In this document: positions 60,506 through 64,000 of the stretch, in pieces
Position numbering within the stretch: the first letter of the stretch is position 1
Layout of the letters: each line of letters starts with the position of its first letter
Assembly: GCA_965215605.1 (NCBI GenBank)
Contig: OZ244070.1
Span: forward strand, 2,656,001-2,720,000
DNA from: an uncultured Candidatus Binatia bacterium
Lineage (GTDB): Bacteria > Desulfobacterota > Binatia > UBA9968 > JAJDTQ01
Reading direction: 5' to 3'
DNA: 64,000 nt
Translations under genes and position numbers: made by a program
Notes under the pieces: model-generated
Seen by the model: the letters and a program-made list of their open reading frames with translations, nothing else
Told to the model about the DNA's origin: nothing
The model's database searches: none

Positions 60506-61566
60506 TTCGGCTCCATCCCGCCCGACTGCGCGCTGCGGCGGAAAAGCAGCAAGGAGAACCACTGTTTCGGGTCGGTCCAGTGGCCCAGGCTCTCGAGCCC
60601 GAAGGAGCCGAGCAGCACCTGCAGGTCGTCGGGGTCGAACTTGCGGCTGGTCTCCACCAGGATTCCTTCACCCTTCTCCCAGACGAAGGACGCCGAGTGC
60701 CGGGGGAACTCCACCCGGTGGGTCTCGGCGGCGATCCCGTACATCTCCACCCGCTCCCGCGCCCGGCTGTAGCTGCTGCGATAGGCGATTTTCTCCGGTT
60801 GGAAGCCAGCCCCGGTGGCGCGGGTGACGTTGGCGAAGGCGTTCAGAATGAAGGCGGCGGTGACGCCGCGGGAGTCGTTGTAGGCGCGCTCGATGATCTC
60901 CGGCTCCTTGATGCGGTCCACCCCGAGCAGCAGGTAGTCCCGGGGCCCCATGTGGTCGCACAGGTGGGTGAAGAAATGCAGCATGTCGGTGGGAGTGAAA
61001 TTCCCGATGGTGCTGCCCAGGAACACCACGAGCTTGGGAATGTCCGGGGTGATGCTGGTGATGGCGTCCTCGAAGCGGGCCTTGAGCCCGGTGAACGCGA
61101 GCTCGGGAAACATCTCCTCGGCCATGCTCCTGGACGCCATGAGGGCGGTGGCGCTGACGTCCACCGCGGCGAAGGTGCCCCGGCCCCGGGCCCGGCTCAG
61201 CGCCTTGAGCAGATGGACGGTCTTCTTCGAGAAGCCGGCGCCGAGCTCCACGATGCAGTCTACCGGCGCCAGGCTCATCAGGGTGCCGGCCTCCCGCTCG
61301 AGGATGGCGGCCTCGGTGCGGGTGGTGTAGTACTCGGGCAGTTCGCAGATTTCCTCGAAGAGAAGCGAGCCCCTCTCGTCGTACAGGTGACAGGGTTCGA
61401 GCCACCGGGGACGGTCGAACAGCGTCCGGACCATGCCGGCGGCGACCCTTTCCGGGGGGCGTCGCCGGGGAGTCAGAATCGACGGCGCGGTGACGTTCCA
61501 GGTGGCGCGGTCGTCGGTCGAAAGGATCTCGGCGGGTTCACGGGTCTCTGCGGCTCGGGGAGTCAT
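60502..61566 (-). CDS. egtD: L-histidine N-alpha-methyltransferase (Methyltransf_33)
   Basis: LYDERGS.LFE.I.ELPEYY.TRTE, ELGAG...KT, FLGSTIGNF, AYNDSRGVTAAF, VEM, ETSRKF; ATG 61566. Confidence 0.85.
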   Translation of the reverse strand: MTPRAAETREPAEILSTDDRATWNVTAPSILTPRRRPPERVAAGMVRTLFDRPRWLEPCHLYDERGSLLFEEICELPEYYTTRTEAAILEREAGTLMSLAPVDCIVELGAGFSKKTVHLLKALSRARGRGTFAAVDVSATALMASRSMAEEMFPELAFTGLKARFEDAITSITPDIPKLVVFLGSTIGNFTPTDMLHFFTHLCDHMGPRDYLLLGVDRIKEPEIIERAYNDSRGVTAAFILNAFANVTRATGAGFQPEKIAYRSSYSRARERVEMYGIAAETHRVEFPRHSASFVWEKGEGILVETSRKFDPDDLQVLLGSFGLESLGHWTDPKQWFSLLLFRRSAQSGGMEPK

Positions 61567-61734
61567 CCGGTCAATATAGAGAACGGCAGGGATTTGTCCA
61601 CCGGTGTGCCTCCCGGGGCGGAGAACACCGCCTTTGTTGAAATCCAAAACGGCCATTACAGCGCCACGCTTGGCGATCCGTTGCGGGATGTCCCGCTCGC
61701 CGCGGCTACCAGCGTGCCGGAATGCGAGGGATCC

Positions 61735-62211
61735 ATGATACTTGAAGGCTCGTGCCACTGTCGCGCGGTTGCGTTTTCGGTCGAGTCCAAAACGCCACGC
61801 CCCTACATGTGCTGCTACTGCTCGATCTGCCGGAAGACCGCCGGGGGCGGCGGCTTTGCCGTCAATCTCGGCGGCGAGGCGGAGACCCTCACCGTACGGG
61901 GCAGACGCCATCTGAAGATCTATCGGGCGCGGCTCGAGGACGGCAGCGAAAGTCCCGCCGAACGGCGGTTCTGTGGCCGTTGCGGCAGCGCGCTCTGGGT
62001 CTGGGACCCGCGCTGGCCGGAACTGCTCCATCCGTTCGCGTCGGCCATCGACACACCTCTGCCGGCGCCGCCCGAGCGGTGCCACATCATGGTGGACTTC
62101 GCGCCGGGTTGGGTGAGGATCCCGGCGGGCAAACGGGACCCCCACTTCCCGGGTTATCCGGACCAGTCGATCAAGGACTGGCACCGGAGCCGCGACCTTC
62201 TCGGCCCTTGA
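61735..62211 (+). CDS. GFA/CENP-V family zinc-binding protein
   Basis: LEGSCHC, CYCSICRK, RRFCGRCGS.LW; ATG 61735. Confidence 0.88.
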   Translation: MILEGSCHCRAVAFSVESKTPRPYMCCYCSICRKTAGGGGFAVNLGGEAETLTVRGRRHLKIYRARLEDGSESPAERRFCGRCGSALWVWDPRWPELLHPFASAIDTPLPAPPERCHIMVDFAPGWVRIPAGKRDPHFPGYPDQSIKDWHRSRDLLGP

Positions 62212-62248
62212 TACGGGATTGCCTGGACCAAGACGCGAGGGGGATCCG

Positions 62249-64000
62249 CTATGATCCGTTTGCCCGGATCGGCCCCCCGGGCGGGACGCTGCCGTAGAGC
62301 GCCTTGTAGGCGTGGTAGTTCCGCAACACCGCCTTGACGTACAGCCGCGTCTCCCGGTAGGAGATCCGCTCGATGAACTCGACGTCATCGGCTGACCCGA
62401 GGTTCCGGGTCCACCGCTCCACCGCTTCCTTGCCGGCATTGTACGCCGCCAGCGCCTTGGCCCGACTGCCGGCGTAGTGTTCCAGAAGCCCCTTGAGGTG
62501 ATGCGCGCCGAGCCTGATGTTCAGTTCCGGATCGAACAGGTCCCGGCTCTCGGGCTCCGGCAGTCCGATCCGCGACGCTTCGTCGCGCGCGGTTTCATGG
62601 AGCAGTTGCATGAGGCCGAGGGCGTTGGCCGGGGACACGGCCCGTGCCCGGAACGCGCTTTCCTGTCGCATGAGCGAGAGCACCAGGTACGGGTCCAGCC
62701 CGTTGTCGGCCGCATACCGCCGCACGGCGCTCCAGTGGGCCAGCGGGTACCGGAATCTCAGCGTCTCGGATGAGGTCGGGGCGCGGGTCGCCAGCGAGAA
62801 GCTGCGATGGTGCGCGTGGGTCCGCGCGTACTCGCGCATGAGCAGCCGCTTGACGCGGGTGGTGCGCTTGGCGTGCCTGCGGACCCGGTCGAGCTCGGGA
62901 TGGGCGAGCCGGTTCAACCCGAGCCGCGCCAGCGCGCGCGCCCGGGCAAGGTGGAACCTGGCCCGCGGGCCCAGAGGCGGGGCTCCGGTCTTCTGCTCCG
63001 GACGAGCCGGCGACGGCGGGGCCGGGAGGGCGACTCCAAGGCCCGCCAGCCGCCGGGTTGCCAGGATCGCGTAGTAGGAATCCCGATCCCTGCGCACCAC
63101 CCGCCGGTACAGCCGTCCGGCGGCGGCGAGATCCTTCAGCTCTTCGGCGGCACGGGCCTCCCAGAAGGCGGCGGCCAACCTGAAGTTGCCGCGTCTGCCG
63201 GCGAGGTCCCGAAAGACGGCCTTGGCCGCCGGGTAGTCGGACCTCAGGTAGTGGATCCAGGCCAGGCGCCAAGCCGCGTCGTTGCGGAAACGGCTGAAGC
63301 GATGCTCCTTGGCGAAGAGCTGCTTATAGGTGCGGATCGCCTTCTCCCACTGCCCCGTGGACTCGTGGATGCGGCCGATGACGTAGACGGCGAAGCGCCG
63401 GCGGAGATGTCCGGGATACCTTCTCCTGAACTCGCGCAGGGTCCGCAAGGCCCCGGCGTTGTCGTCGCGATTCCATTGGATGGTGGCGATCCTCGTGAGC
63501 GCGGCTCCGGCCCGGGCGCGTCCTGGATAGTGTCGGACATACCGGCGGAGGACCTGCTCTTCCTCTTCCCGGAGCCGCAGCTTTCGGTAGACATCGGCCA
63601 GCCCCTCCAGCGACAGCCGGCGGAAGTTGGTTTCCCGCAGGATGCGCTGGTAGAGGTCCGCGGCCGTGCCGTATTCCCGTTCCCGCCGGAGCTGCCGGGC
63701 TTCCCGCAGCATCTCCTCGCCTTTGCGGAGTCCGAGCTGTTTCGGGTGCTTCCGGCGGAGTTCCAGGACCCGTTCACGGGCGCGTCGGCTCCATTCGGAG
63801 CGGGGCGCCCGCCGGCGCGCCTCCTGGTGGAAGGCGTAGGCCTGCCGGTCCTTGCCCACGGCCTCGTGGGCCTGCCCCAGGTAGTAGCCGGCCCGGGCCC
63901 GCGCGTTCCTTCCCCACGGCTTCTCTTTCAACGCGGCGGCGGCGCGGATGGCCGCCTGGTACCGTTTCCGGGCGAGATCCAGCTCCACCAACGCGAAGGA
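62249..64000 (-). CDS. Soluble lytic murein transglycosylase with TPR repeats (5' end outside window)
   Basis: RQESAF, S.A.A.GLMQL, AAYNAG, ETRLYV; TPR-like helical repeats upstream. Confidence 0.9.
   Translation of the reverse strand, partial: SFALVELDLARKRYQAAIRAAAALKEKPWGRNARARAGYYLGQAHEAVGKDRQAYAFHQEARRRAPRSEWSRRARERVLELRRKHPKQLGLRKGEEMLREARQLRREREYGTAADLYQRILRETNFRRLSLEGLADVYRKLRLREEEEQVLRRYVRHYPGRARAGAALTRIATIQWNRDDNAGALRTLREFRRRYPGHLRRRFAVYVIGRIHESTGQWEKAIRTYKQLFAKEHRFSRFRNDAAWRLAWIHYLRSDYPAAKAVFRDLAGRRGNFRLAAAFWEARAAEELKDLAAAGRLYRRVVRRDRDSYYAILATRRLAGLGVALPAPPSPARPEQKTGAPPLGPRARFHLARARALARLGLNRLAHPELDRVRRHAKRTTRVKRLLMREYARTHAHHRSFSLATRAPTSSETLRFRYPLAHWSAVRRYAADNGLDPYLVLSLMRQESAFRARAVSPANALGLMQLLHETARDEASRIGLPEPESRDLFDPELNIRLGAHHLKGLLEHYAGSRAKALAAYNAGKEAVERWTRNLGSADDVEFIERISYRETRLYVKAVLRNYHAYKALYGSVPPGGPIRANGS

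Overview
This is a high-GC bacterial chromosomal segment. The taxon cannot be fixed from sequence alone, but AmpG, an RND pump and periplasmic binding proteins indicate a diderm. Bases 1-6.5 kb are a decaying defence/toxin-antitoxin patch: a 5'-truncated type I HsdR, an AlkD-like protein, an HNH endonuclease, two intact TA modules and many short gene relics. Next come transporter operons (Fe3+/polyamine-class ABC plus a signal-less TAXI protein, LIV ABC, TRAP), typA, ampG, a second accessory patch (NucS-like nuclease, vapBC, truncated vapC, truncated DUF4143 ATPase), ychF, rnhA and an aldehyde dehydrogenase/amidohydrolase/aminotransferase unit. The most interesting part is 34.4-44 kb. It holds a LysW amino-group-carrier operon (lysW, missed by the ORF track, then lysX-lysY-[Ntn hydrolase]-lysZ-lysJ) that lacks the carrier-releasing peptidase lysK and instead carries a translationally coupled class II glutamine-amidotransferase-like Ntn hydrolase. 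Converging on it is a selenoneine-type senA-senB pair lying directly behind a GH84 beta-N-acetylglucosaminidase and an amidohydrolase, with no senC/selD. The right end has a NitT/TauT ABC system, an FAD oxidoreductase, an RND pump, cinA with a degenerate deamidase domain, hslR, hydrolases, SulP, egtD coupled to an Fe-S/CCG oxidoreductase, a GFA protein and a partial TPR-Slt transglycosylase. I saw no rRNA, tRNA, CRISPR array or intact transposase/integrase. All family calls come from motif recognition by eye, not database searches.
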